A stretch of 63,342 nt of DNA, filler included, from Octopus bimaculoides (lineage: Eukaryota): assembly GCF_001194135.2 (NCBI RefSeq). It is 6 parts of 6 records of this genome, joined end to end, with 100 filler letters (N's around TTAATTAATTAA, not from the genome) between each part and the next. Parts side by side here need not be neighbours in the genome. Positions count along the whole stretch, not along the records: positions 42,554 to 59,230 come from NC_068982.1; positions 59,331 to 61,283 come from NC_068999.1; positions 61,384 to 63,342 come from NC_068985.1; 3 more parts are not named here. One strand, written 5' to 3'. Position numbers and translations under genes: made by a program. Below are positions 51,675 to 63,342 of this stretch, one piece after another; positions within the stretch are counted from its first letter, which is position 1, and each line of letters starts with the position of its first letter. Below the pieces are notes generated by a model. That model ran no database searches and was not told the DNA's origin. It worked only from the letters and a program-made list of their open reading frames with translations.

Positions 51675-52249
51675 AAGGAAATAAATATATAAAAATATAA
51701 AAAAATTAAAGGTCAAAGGAATATTATGAGATAAATGTTCACTACTTTAAGAATGTTATACAATGCAGAATATTGTATACAATATACTTACCTGAAGCTT
51801 CTAAATGTTTTACCCTGGTTGTGACATCCTTTGCATGAGAAACAATCTGAGAAATGATTTGTTATACAGGTTCCGTTAACCCATTCAAATCCCTCATCGT
51901 TATGTTAGCAGCAGTAGTTATTCCCCAAATGTCGGTGTAATCGACTTCCCAAGCACTGCTGTATACAAACTTCCAACTGTTTCTGCAGGTAACCCACCAT
52001 CCGTCAGATGATGTGATGGCGTTAATAGCAATAGCAGTCACTCTCCAAATGTTACCGGCTTGTTGGTGTAGGTAACTCTCCGATCGTTGGTTGTCGCTAC
52101 GTATAACAACGTGGTGGTGGTGGCGTGTATTATAATACCTCTGAAATATAAAGATTTTGTTAAACTTTCCGCATTGTGAGAAGCTTTCCTATTTTTCGTT
52201 TTCCTCTTCTTCGGTATTGCAATATTTCAGTTAATTACAACACGCACAC

Positions 52250-52800
52250 GCACTTCCATCCGTCATTCTGACACCATGACCGACTCAACGTATCCAATTC
52301 AAAATTTTTCTTCTTTCAACACTGGTGTTGCCCGCCTTCTCAAATATAACAATATCAGGTGTGATACAGTACTCTCGAAATACATATGATGCCTGTAGGT
52401 TATCCACTCCTCGCACCTATATAGCAAGACTAAGAACATAGGCCTCATACACAGAGAGCATTGTGTTTGTTATAATACTCTGATCTTACCAGACTCGCTT
52501 CTCGAGTTTCCCGAAAGTAACGCTAGCTTTCGTAATCCTCTGATTTATTTCGGCGTCAAGCGTGCCATCTCTACTAAGCGTATTTTCGAGATACACAAAG
52601 CTGTCCACCACTTCAAGTTTTTTCCTCCCACGAAGAAGTTAGGCTACACACAAACTTCTCCAGCTGGTGGAGTGTACATGATTTCGGTCATCCTCTTGCT
52701 AGTATTGAGTCCAAATGCAGTACACGCATTAAGGAAAATGTCCACTATTATTTACATGTCAGCTACAAAGTCAGCCACTAGATCTGTATCATTAATATAA
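52250..52800 (-). mobile_element. RTE (BovB-like) LINE relic
   Basis: FLNACTAFGLNTS, LEVVDSFVYLENTLSRDGTLDAEINQRITKASVTFGKLEKRVW. Confidence 0.7.
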
Positions 52801-54198
52801 AGGAACTATTTGAAAAGGGTGCAAATTATTTTTGACTTGGTATTGAAAGATCTTTGATTGAAGACTTTGTCAGAGATTCTGAATCGCATGTAAACACCGA
52901 TTTCGCTTACATTAGTATCACGACAAAGTATATGGAGATCGGAGTTGGTACTAGTATGTCAGCCTGTTTGAATTCGTTTTCCATTGAAATTGGTTCTAAA
53001 AGTTTTCCATTTAAGGTTCGCTCTTGCTTTCATGGTGTGGTGACTTTTTAAATATTCCCACAGATTGAGGAGGGCGTGGGAATGTGTTTGCAAAACGGAA
53101 GCTGGGCCGAAGTCACCTGCGTGCACATTGTCGTATAAAGTTTAATAAAGAGCGGGCACTTTTCTAACAAGGAGAACAATGGACACACACACACACACAC
53201 ATACATACACTTATTAAATGTGCATGTGTGCGTACGCGCGCGCATGCTTTCGTGTGGGCGAATCGTGTTGTTTGAATATGTCCACGGTTCGACAAACCGC
53301 CAGGATAAGTGCTGGACTTAAGATAAGCTTTTGGGAGCATTTTGTTCGACAAATCCTTCAAAGTGATGTCACAGCATACCCATAGTTCAATGAACGCAAC
53401 AAGGAAAGAATATACACGCATACATACATACGACATATTTACAAACACCAGGAACCCTCTTAATTCAAAAAGTTTTGTTGATTTGTGAGCAACCAGCTTG
53501 AACCCTCTCAAGAACTTAAATTAAACCCAAAGAAAAATAATATATATATCTATTATAATAAACTCCACAGTTTTAAGTTTTATATTTTGATATGCATGTA
53601 ATGAAGTCTCGTAGCATATAGTTAATAATAAAGTCGTTAGAGCAGGGGATGTGATCGTGCTGATTAGATTATACACTTTTTTACATTTTTATGAAAATAG
53701 AACATTTATCTCCTTTTAACAGAGAACTATTTATAGTGTTTATAAATACAGATAAACTAAATCTGTATTATTTTCCTAACACTGGATAAACTAACAACGA
53801 TGGTTAATTATTAATGAATAATTCACCACACATTTGAAATGTAAAACATACCTTTTTAATAAACATGTCATCATGCCTATTTCAGCTTAGCGATCAATAA
53901 TTGATAATTGTATGTATTGTTGTGATAAAATATTTGTAAGGACATTGATAATACTGTCAATACAAAGATTAATTTCGGTAATGAAACAAGTAATACTAAC
54001 ACAGAAAAATGATCAATTTAAACAAAAATAATCTTAACGTTAGTATTGGCGATAAAAGGATCATTCACAATATAAACCAGATGGGCCATACGTTGGCTGA
54101 ATGTAAACAAGGAGGCCTATTAAAATGTAGGGTCAGATTCAAAGAACAATATACTTGTAATACAGTTTGTAAAACAGGTGTAGGCGTGTATGTCATAA

Positions 54199-54254
<56 letters not shown>

Positions 54255-54665
54255 TTACAGAAAACAAAAGACGAAGGCAGGTGAGGGAACAACAAGCAGG
54301 TGTATTAGTTTGACGCTCGGGAAGAATTGAAAAATCTTTGACGTTTCGACCCTACGCTCTTTAACAGAATGGGTTGAGAGAAAAAAAAATGGAGAGAGAA
54401 NNNNNNNNNNNNNNNNNNNNNNNNNNNNNNNNNNNNNNNNNNNNNNNNNNNNNNNNNNNNNNNNNNNNNNNNNNNNNNNNNNNNNNNNNNNNNNNNNNNN
54501 NNNNNNNNNNNNNNNNNNNNNNNNNNNNNNNNNNNNNNNNNNNNNNNNNNNNNNNNNNNNNNNNNNNNNNNNNNNNNNNNNNNNNNNNNNNNNNNNNNNN
54601 NNNNNNNNNNNNNNNNNNNNNNNNNNNNNNNNNNNNNNNNNNNNNNNNNNNNNNNNNNNNNNNNN

Positions 54666-54700
<35 letters not shown>

Positions 54701-54874
54701 GTACATTATAACTTCACGATTGGAAGAAAGCAGTACTTCTGATCGTCCGCTCAATAAAGTAACCTTGAGTAAATGAATCTTAGACACCTCCATCAAACTG
54801 AATCCATACAGCTTGCTGTCGCCGAGTTATAGTTTAGATTTGGTAAGAATATTCCAGTTTAGGTTGGAAAGAAC

Positions 54875-55650
54875 AATTCTAAATTTTATATTTGATGTTT
54901 CAAATATACGATGAGAGTTTCGAATCTTCAGTTATGGCCGTATGAAAAGCTTAGTTGATTGCAGCATATCTCAAACGAATTAGCTGTGAAACTGATGCAT
55001 CTTTTAGTTGAGTCGATAGTATTTACTTCATACTAATATTTTATATCCTTAGTGAAGCTGTTGAATGGTAGACTCGTACTAGTTTTGTTAAGTTTAGCTG
55101 GGTTAGTGGGTCAACACTGAGAATTGTGAAGAGCGAGAGTTTTACAAAGCTCTTTTTAAATATTTTACATTACATATATATCAATACGAAATGTTTACTT
55201 AAATGAAAAGAAGAAAATTGTAGTTAAGGCCGTTGTTATTTCTAGATTAAGTTGCTCTTTCAAATTCTGTTGTTAGCTATTTCTTATGAATGATATATAT
55301 TTTTCTTTGAAATAACAATGTTTTAAGGTTACGTATTAATATGCAGAACGAGCTTTAGATAGTTGTTAGTAAGGGACTAAACTGGATAATCTATGCGAGA
55401 AATTCTTAATTAGTTTGATTAAAAGTTTATTCGACATTACATGTATGTAATTTAGTGTTTCATTTGGCTTGTGTAAAAAATGAGATAGCAATGTAAATAG
55501 ATCGAAGATAACATCAAGGAAGTTAAAGTTTTGGTTGATTTATATGGTTATAGCCAATAAAAAGTTTTTAATGAAGAGGTAGAGCTATTTTAACTGAAGA
55601 TTCGAAACTCTCATCGTATATTTGAAACATCAAATATAAAATTTAGAATT
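54875..55650 (-). mobile_element. Decayed PLE fragment bracketed by a perfect 60-bp inverted repeat
   Basis: 54875-54934 is the exact reverse complement of 55591-55650; interior minus peptides FNFLDVIFDL, HKPNENTKLH, KNFSHRLSSL resemble the PLE RT C-terminus. Confidence 0.6.
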
Positions 55651-56014
55651 TTAAGTTTAGCGGTAAAAGAGAAGCTGCACCTTATAACCAGTGAAAGGCC
55701 ATGACTTCTATATAATTTGCTTTCTATAAAATGAAAAAGGAAAAAAGAAACTTAAATTTAGGTCGACGAATAGGAAATAGAAACAATTCAATGACGTCGC
55801 TTAGCATTGCTGAATCACTTGCAAATCGAGTCCACCACTTAATTTACGTAAACTAATACGTAGACATAGACGTATTCGTGTACGAAACGTCGTAATTACA
55901 GTGCTGGATCTGAATGCTATAGAAAATCGATAGTTTATCACTTAAAAATGAGAATATCGTACTATTAAGATAAAAATTAAGACACAATGTTGACTTGTAA
56001 AGCTTTAATATCTA

Positions 56015-56480
56015 TGGTAGTCGGCTGATAAATTCATAGGCTGACGAAGATACTCTCATAGAATCTGAACTATTAAGGTTTATTTTTCAACATAGGCCCC
56101 TTTGCGGTCCATGCACTTCTTCCATCGGTATTGTAGTGCTTGGATATATTCGATTGGCGAAGAAGTTTTCATTCTGTTGCCCCAACCCAAATCATCAACA
56201 ACAACAAATATGAAGTCATCATCATTGCGATTCTGGTTCAAACCAGTTCAAAGCCAAAATCACACCTAGCAGCCATTGAAACGAAGGACTTGTGTGCTGA
56301 AGCATTGTCCCAATGAAACAAGACCCCTTTCGTCAGTTTTCCTGGGCGTTTGATTTTGAAAGCCTTTTGTAACTGCCTCGGCAAGTTTGCATAGTACTCG
56401 CCATTGAAGGTGTGACCCTTTTGAAGATAGTCAATAAACACAATGCCTTTTGCATTCCGAAAAAAACTGAGGCTGTCTCC
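56015..56480 (-). mobile_element. Mariner transposon relic (catalytic domain and right end)
   Basis: IDYLQKGHTFNGEYYANL..QL..KRPGKLTKGVLFHWDNASAH; TIR-like gtcggctgataaattc. Confidence 0.8.
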
Positions 56481-56507
56481 TTCCTCTGATCTTTTTGGAG
56501 CAGATAA

Positions 56508-57408
56508 GTTGTCGACTGTTAATTACTCCCTATTTCGACCTTTCAACGACAAGATAGGAAACCTGCATAAAACAGCAGCATCCAGAAATTTTTTAAATAT
56601 AAAATTTGTGGAGGGCTAGAGCTTAGAACGAACTAACAACGACAGAGTGGACATGCAGAGTAAACAATAGACGAAGACAAACATTAAGGGCCGTCAGACC
56701 AAGGCGCATTGTAATGGGTAACGCCTGGGAGAAATTTCGAAAAGATATAGAATATGTAGAAGAGAAAAAAGAGAAAAAAATGTCGGGACTCGAGAAAAAT
56801 GACATCCAGCGACGTGGACGTCGCGTCCAGAAAAGACAAAGGTGAGAGAAAGGCCTGTAGTCACGTGAGAGAAAAGAGGCAGAGGAGGAGAAGGGGCACA
56901 AGAGAGAAGATGAGGGAAAGAAACAAAGTGAGTGAGGAGAAGGGAGATGGAATGAAAGAAAGTAGGGAGCGGAAGAAAGATAGACAGGGGACAGCAAATA
57001 AGGAGGGGAGAAACGGAAGATAAAGAGGACTATAAAGGGATAGAGAGAAAGAAAGGGAACAGTGAGTAAAATCACAGAAATTATAAATAAAAGTAAACAC
57101 TTACTGTGGGCTAGGCTGCGTGGCGTTCGATTCTAAATAAATAAATATAAAATACACCAGGTACAGGACATCACCAACGAGTGAAAAATACGTAAACACA
57201 CGAGGGCTAAGTACAGGACAAAATACCCCAAAATATACAATAAGAACAGGACATCATCAACGAGTGAAAATAAGTGAACACATAATGAGAGACAAGTACG
57301 GGACAAAATACCAAAAGAAGTCTAACCCCTCCTCAGTTGTCGGCTGTTAATTACTCCCTGTTTCGAGCTTTCAACGGCAAGATATGGAACCTTCATAAAA
57401 CAGCAGCA
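56508..57408 (-). mobile_element. PLE-terminus-like element with direct repeats
   Basis: 56508-56580 and 57337-57408 are direct repeats (agttgtcg.ctgttaattactccct.tttcga.ctttcaac); motif related to the 39.6 kb arms; internal tandem duplication near 57160-57320. Confidence 0.5.
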
Positions 57409-58312
57409 ATACGTATATGTATATATACACCCGCAATGTATAAACGTGCAAACAAAAGCAAAAAAAAAAAGAAGAAAAAGAAAAACACAAATGTAGAGAC
57501 GTAGCGAAGAGGTACGGTATAACTAAGTGGATTCGAAACTGAAACTACATTTTTATTGTGAAACAAATTTCCGGTTTTTCGTTTTCTCCTCTCTGCACTT
57601 GGATATTAATGATTAAATTGACCTCTTGATTTTTCTCTGGTCACGGAAGGGCCAAGATAAATAATTGTGGAGAAATTCTATTATTCTCGGTTGAGCTACT
57701 TTATTTGTCAAAGATCAATTTACGACCAAATGTTAAGTCCACTTCTTTGATAATGTGATGCCAAACCAGGAGAATGACCTGTCACGCACGAGTTGAATTA
57801 GCTCCCCTTCTGTGTTGGCCCCTTGTGGGAAATAAATAAAAAAAAAGAGTTGAATTAGCTCTCAATTTAGGTCATTCAGCCCTCGCCGAAGAGCAGGCGT
57901 GTGAACTTATCAGTCTATTTATGAAGGCATTATTACACTTTCCTTCTCTTTTGCAGTACAGAGATAAAGCTAGCTACGGCACAGACTGAACCATTTGATC
58001 TTTTGTAAACAGCTTGAGCTCCGCATACTGGATGCTAGCAAGCTTATGGGGTCAGCAGGAGAGAATGCGCATCATTGCGCATCGGCCTCGCCTGACTTAA
58101 ACGAGGCTCCGCTTGTTAGATCAATTGGTTTCTAGATTTCGCTCAATATTCCTCATATAATACTTTTTACTGCATTAACAAATAATGTGTACACAAGCAG
58201 CTCGCTACACATGCTAATCTAATATATCGTGACGACATTATAATTCATATCAAATAAATGGTCATCGTAATAGTCAATTAATTGTTATTCGCTCATTCAT
58301 TTCTCCGATGCA

Positions 58313-58390
<78 letters not shown>

Positions 58391-59100
58391 CGCGCGCATG
58401 CATGGAAACATACCTGGCACTGCTTTACATAGATCGAGTTTATTTTATCGAGATGACATTTCGTAGAATAATTTGAAATAGAGAATAGATTTAGAAACGA
58501 AGCAAAATCTGTAGTTCTTTTTTCATTTATTTAAGCAGTTAAAAAAAAAAAAAAAGAACACGCAACAGATTTAAAAGATTTCCATCTGAGATAACTTCAT
58601 ATGTTGTATGGCGGTACAGAACGAAGATAATTAATGCTTATATCAGTCACTAACTGCATGATACCTGTTAACAATGTTCTTTACTGGTTCGTTAACAGCA
58701 TTGTAATGTCTTTCTCTCAATGGACCATCATTACCACCTGCCATTTGTTCGATAAAATAAAACTTATTTTACTTACGTTTAATTTTATAGATAAGTCTTC
58801 ATAATAGCCATGGTAACATGTTTGCCAGGATCGCTGTGTCAACATTCAAATCAAAAAGGTGGACGGTGGAAAAAATCTTCTAGAAAATATAGATATTTGT
58901 AAAATTGCTCTAGGATAGTTTCATTAAAAAGGTCTTTTGATGAAAAGACACTTCGATACAAGGTTAATTCGACGAAAAGTTATTCGATATATTTATGCAT
59001 ACACATGCGTGTGTGCTTGTACACACACACACACACACGCACACACACACACAGAGACACACTGACACAGACACACACACAGACACACACACACACGCAG

Positions 59101-59163
<63 letters not shown>

Positions 59164-59230
59164 GAGTTGAAATTTATAGAAAAACAGGAGATGAAGGCAG
59201 GTGTATGAACAAGCAAAGTACGGCGAGTAT

Positions 59231-59330
59231 NNNNNNNNNNNNNNNNNNNNNNNNNNNNNNNNNNNNNNNNNNNNTTAATTAATTAANNNNNNNNNNNNNN
59301 NNNNNNNNNNNNNNNNNNNNNNNNNNNNNN
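59231..59330. other. Artificial scaffold linker N44-TTAATTAATTAA-N44
   Basis: Identical 100-bp spacer. Confidence 0.95.
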
Positions 59331-59349
59331 ATATAGTTAAAACTTACTG

Positions 59350-59750
59350 TATAAAGGTTAACGCGTGCGTTCTGTCGTGATACAAACAATATATGAGTAT
59401 ATGCATGTTTACCATTGAAGAACAGAGATCAGTGATCCAATTTCTCTGGTCCAAAGGTGTGTCAGGGGCTGAAATTCATCGCAGGCTTTTAGTACCATAC
59501 GGACAGCGCTGTAGTATGTAGGAGTGTGTATGAATGGCCAGACAAGCGTGAAGCATCAACGTCTATCCCTGACGTGAAGATTCAACAAGCTGGAGAGGTG
59601 GTTCTGGTGAACCGACGAATGACCATTTTGCATTCGAAATCATCAACAACAAGCTTCACTTCCGTAAAGTCTGTGTGAGATGGGTGTCAAGAAAGTTTAC
59701 CGAGGATCATAAGCGCAACTGTGTGGAGATCTGTTATGGCATGCAGATCT
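59350..59750 (+). mobile_element. Mariner relic, N-terminal half
   Basis: EEQRSVIQFLWSKGVSGAEIHRRL and FRKVCVRWVSRKFTEDHK (decayed WVPR motif). Confidence 0.75.
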
Positions 59751-59869
59751 TTCATTGTACAACAATACAATATCCTACTATGCATTTGCACTACATGTAC
59801 TGATACCAACATTTCCAATATTCGACAGGTCTATAGTAGAAATCCGTTTCATACACATTAAATCCTGTA

Positions 59870-60480
59870 ATGACCAGACAACTTTAAATTTACCTAAAAG
59901 CAATGACAATGATAGAAAAAGAAAGAAGGAACAAGGAGCTTAAGATCAGTTCAGACAGCACCGATTAAATAATGGCAGCAATATTAACACATCAACCAAG
60001 TGTTAAAAAAATCCTGTAAGTTAAAAGTGAAATCCTCAAGAAATACTCACTTCCTGATGAACTCTCATACGAACACAAAAGTGCGGAGCTAATATATTTC
60101 AAGAACACCTGGAAGATAAATACTGTAAATACCACACAAAAGCTATGCATGGATATGTTTCCCGCCCACTTTAAAAAAGATGACAATATTAATAGACTTA
60201 TAACCGCCACATCGCATCACATCTTGAAGGCTACACTTTTGCAATTCAAGAGCAGGAGACAGCTACGAAATATCTTAAGACATTCTTCTTTAGAGAATGA
60301 CTCATAAAATCAATAGTTGTCCAAAAATTTCATCGAGGTGCGAACTCTAACTCTCAACGCGATATGATGTTGTTGCTAAAACAACATGTAGTGTCATCTC
60401 CAGAAAAGACTGTTCGGGGGGATGTTAACACAACAAATATTGTTGGAATATTCCCATCAAAACATCTGCCGATGTTTATA
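59870..60480 (+). mobile_element. Second R4/Dong-type RLE LINE relic
   Basis: KAMHGY, HLEGYTFAIQEQETATKYL, SCPKISSR...YDVVAKT parallel the LHGQ/AQDQ/CCHC region of the 1.7-3.2 kb element. Confidence 0.55.
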
Positions 60481-60886
60481 ATAGACCTGAGTTATAGAAG
60501 TTAGCTGCACTGTAAATGTGAAAATTTCTTCCTAATTCAGTCTCTAATTCAGTCTCTAATTGAATTAGAAACCTGCAGCTATTCTGATTCATGTTTACAA
60601 CTATGATATACTTATTAGTGCACTTGATTATGTTAATAAATGTCAAAGCAACATACTGGAAAAGCTAGGATATTTAAGCCAAAAACCAAACAGACTAACA
60701 CATATTTACACATAAAATTTATTGGCGGAACAGTAGAAATATGCAAGTCTTTTTCTAAAGTTCAATGCTTAACGATTATCACTGCCTTTTTTCAAACTTC
60801 ACTGCAAGAGATTTTCTTTATTTCTAAGAAACCAATTCTCGCCTTTCAGGAATAACACGAAAAAATCTTTTTAATGTGACAGCATA

Positions 60887-60940
<54 letters not shown>

Positions 60941-61283
60941 CATACATGCACACACACACACAAACACAACACACCATATCACACACACACAACACACATA
61001 CACAACACACACACACATACACCACACACACTTACACACGCATTTATGTACAAACACTAAATGAAAAATTCCATGATGGAATGAAAGCGTGTGTCAGCAT
61101 GGGTGGTAACTCTGTAAACACCTGTTGCAATAGGCAGAACTGAAAGTCACACCCATGCTGTTTTAATAGTACATTCAAGTGGTAACATTGTTCGATATAT
61201 ATATATATATATATATACATACATACATTGTTGGAAATACACAGACACATATGCACACGCACCACACACATATATGTATGAAT

Positions 61284-61383
61284 NNNNNNNNNNNNNNNNN
61301 NNNNNNNNNNNNNNNNNNNNNNNNNNNTTAATTAATTAANNNNNNNNNNNNNNNNNNNNNNNNNNNNNNNNNNNNNNNNNNNN
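61284..61383. other. Artificial scaffold linker N44-TTAATTAATTAA-N44
   Basis: Identical 100-bp spacer. Confidence 0.95.
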
Positions 61384-62063
61384 CTGTGTGAGAACTAGAC
61401 AGACACGGAGGAAAAAGGCCATTAGGAGAAGGAAGATACAAAAATACCAAATATTTTTTTAAAAGTTTCTTTTAAAAACATAATATATTTTAAATTGTTT
61501 TTAAATTCAAATCAAGAGTTAGTTTAAAATTTCCGGTTGACATATCACCGAATTAAAAAATGAAATTGGAGATGGAAAATAGAAAACGATCTGTGCAATT
61601 TTGGAAAATGTGTTGGAACAAGTGAAATACAAGAGAGCAGAAAAGACTAAATGATGCAAGTTGTAATGTCAACATGAGGATATGGTTCGAGCAATGTTGA
61701 TTTTTTTTTCTTTTTTCTAATTATTCAGCGATTTAATGTTCGACGAAGCTTGAAATAAATGGTGTGTTTAGTGAACGTAGAGACAAAGTAAATTTACATA
61801 CCTCGGGTCTCAAAATTTATTCAAGTGTTCCAATTTACACTGTCTCTAGCTCACACACGCGTATCATCTTACAGCGCCCATTGTACTCTCACATACACGT
61901 TTATGCTTCCCTACAAACCTCCTCCTCCATTTTCCTAACTCCCTCTCCACCTCCGTTTCCCTCCCTCTCTACCTTTCTATGTAAATACCTACCTAACTAA
62001 CTACCTACCTATATGTATATCATTTGTATTATTATATATATATATAATATTATATTATTTATA

Positions 62064-63130
62064 TCAGGCTGAGGAAAAAGTAAGCAACGTTTTCGAACAT
62101 GAAATTCATCACAATATATTTCAACAATGCGGAAATTTTATTCATCAAATTAAGTACCATTAGAATCAACACATTTTTGCCAACGAGTTACAAGCTTGTT
62201 TCTTCCGGTAACATAAAAATCTTGAGTTCTGGAGCTGATGAACTCTTTGAACGCACTTTCAGCATCGGTTTGATTTTTGAACTCCTTCTCACACAGGAAA
62301 CAATCAACCTGCTTGAAAAGGGGGTAGTCGGTAGGAGAAAGGTCTGGGAAATAAGCTGTGTGGGGATGAACATCGTAGCCAAGTTCCATCAACTTCTGGA
62401 GAATCATAAGTGAAACGTGTGGTCGAGCATTTTCATGAAGGATGACTGGCCCTCTTCTGGGACAGCAGTGTTTCGTTCATTTTGGCAATTTCATGGCAAT
62501 ATGTTTCTGCATTAAGGGTTTTGCCAGGTTTTAAGAAGTTATAGTGGATGAATCCATAAGTACACCACCAAACAGTCACCATAACCTTCGTTTTGAAGAG
62601 CTCGGGTTCAGGGAAGGTTTTGGTGCTTCATTTTTGTCCAGCCACTGCGAAGAACGTTTTTTTTTTTATTATTGTACAGAATCCACTTTCAACGCAAGTT
62701 ACAATACGGTCGAGAAATGGACCGGTCCGGTTATGGAGAGGAAGCGACGAGCAAATTTCATATCTTTGCATTTTCTGATTTTCAATCAAATCGTGCGGTA
62801 TCCATTTGTCGAGTTTTTTTTTCCGATCGCATGCAAATGGTTGCAGGCAGTTTTGTGGTTAACTTTAAGTTCCTTTGTTAGTTATCGAGTGGTTTTACGT
62901 CGATCTTTCTTAATGATGGTCTTTAATTGACCGTCATCGAGGACAGATAGGCATCCACTCTCCTTATGACCTTCAAGTCTCAGGTCTCCACTGCAAAATC
63001 ATTTAAACCATTTTCGAGCAGACCACTCACATTTCCTCACCAAACGTTTCGTTGATATCGTGAGGAGTTTCAGCTGCTTTACATCCTTTTTTGAAGTTGA
63101 ATACCAAAATTGCTCGAATATCGCGCGTTG
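62064..63130 (-). mobile_element. Near full-length decayed mariner (Hsmar1/SETMAR-like)
   Basis: N-terminal RDIRAILVFNFKKGCKAAET, C-terminal HPHTAYFPDLSPTDYPLF...WQKCVDSNG; TA-flanked end at 62064; many stops. Confidence 0.85.
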
Positions 63131-63342
63131 ACAGATAATTGTAACAACGGTGAGGAAAGTATCAATGTTAATTTATTGATGCATTTGGTAAAGGTCATGT
63201 CTTTACCGCTAAGTTACAGGGACGTAAACACACCAGCATCGGTTGTCAAGCGATGTTGGGGGAACAAACACAGACACACAAACACACAAACACACAAACA
63301 CGCACACACACACACACACACACTCACGCACACACACACACA

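Noticed and set aside
54320-54370. Hammerhead-like CTGTTAA-AGAGCGTAGGGTC-GAAACGTC (minus); similar remnants near 3280-3310 and 14970-14995
   Set aside because: Core CUGANGA or GAAA is mutated and stems are incomplete; at most dead PLE remnants.

Overview
AT-rich, gap-riddled eukaryotic genomic DNA; the SINE families and microsatellite density point to a cephalopod (Octopus-like; inference). The window is a stitched pseudomolecule: five identical 100-bp spacers (N44-TTAATTAATTAA-N44) split it into six scaffold segments, so adjacency across them is not evidence. Three host genes are supported: MPP10/MPHOSPH10 (minus strand, exons 1-6, 425 codons, 3' part absent), DDRGK1/UFBP1 (plus strand, four internal exons) and an innexin whose coding sequence is almost all in one exon. 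The rest is mostly transposon debris: Penelope-like elements (PLEs; RT and GIY-YIG relics), R4/Dong-type RLE LINEs, RTE and CR1/L2 LINEs, mariners, hAT/Buster, piggyBac-like and Tc-like MITEs, a Helitron-like end and many SINEs. The most interesting pattern is a recurrent architecture of back-to-back inverted arms made of PLE terminal sequence (21.3, 30.9, 39.6, 44.7 and 54.9-55.6 kb, plus a foldback at 28.9 kb). Two of these pairs carry hammerhead ribozyme cores with palindromic stem III. One copy (30874-30958, minus) has a fully canonical core with a GUC site, lies sense to MPP10 intron 1, and is preceded in the pre-mRNA by its own antisense copy. All folds were read by eye; no search or folding program was run.
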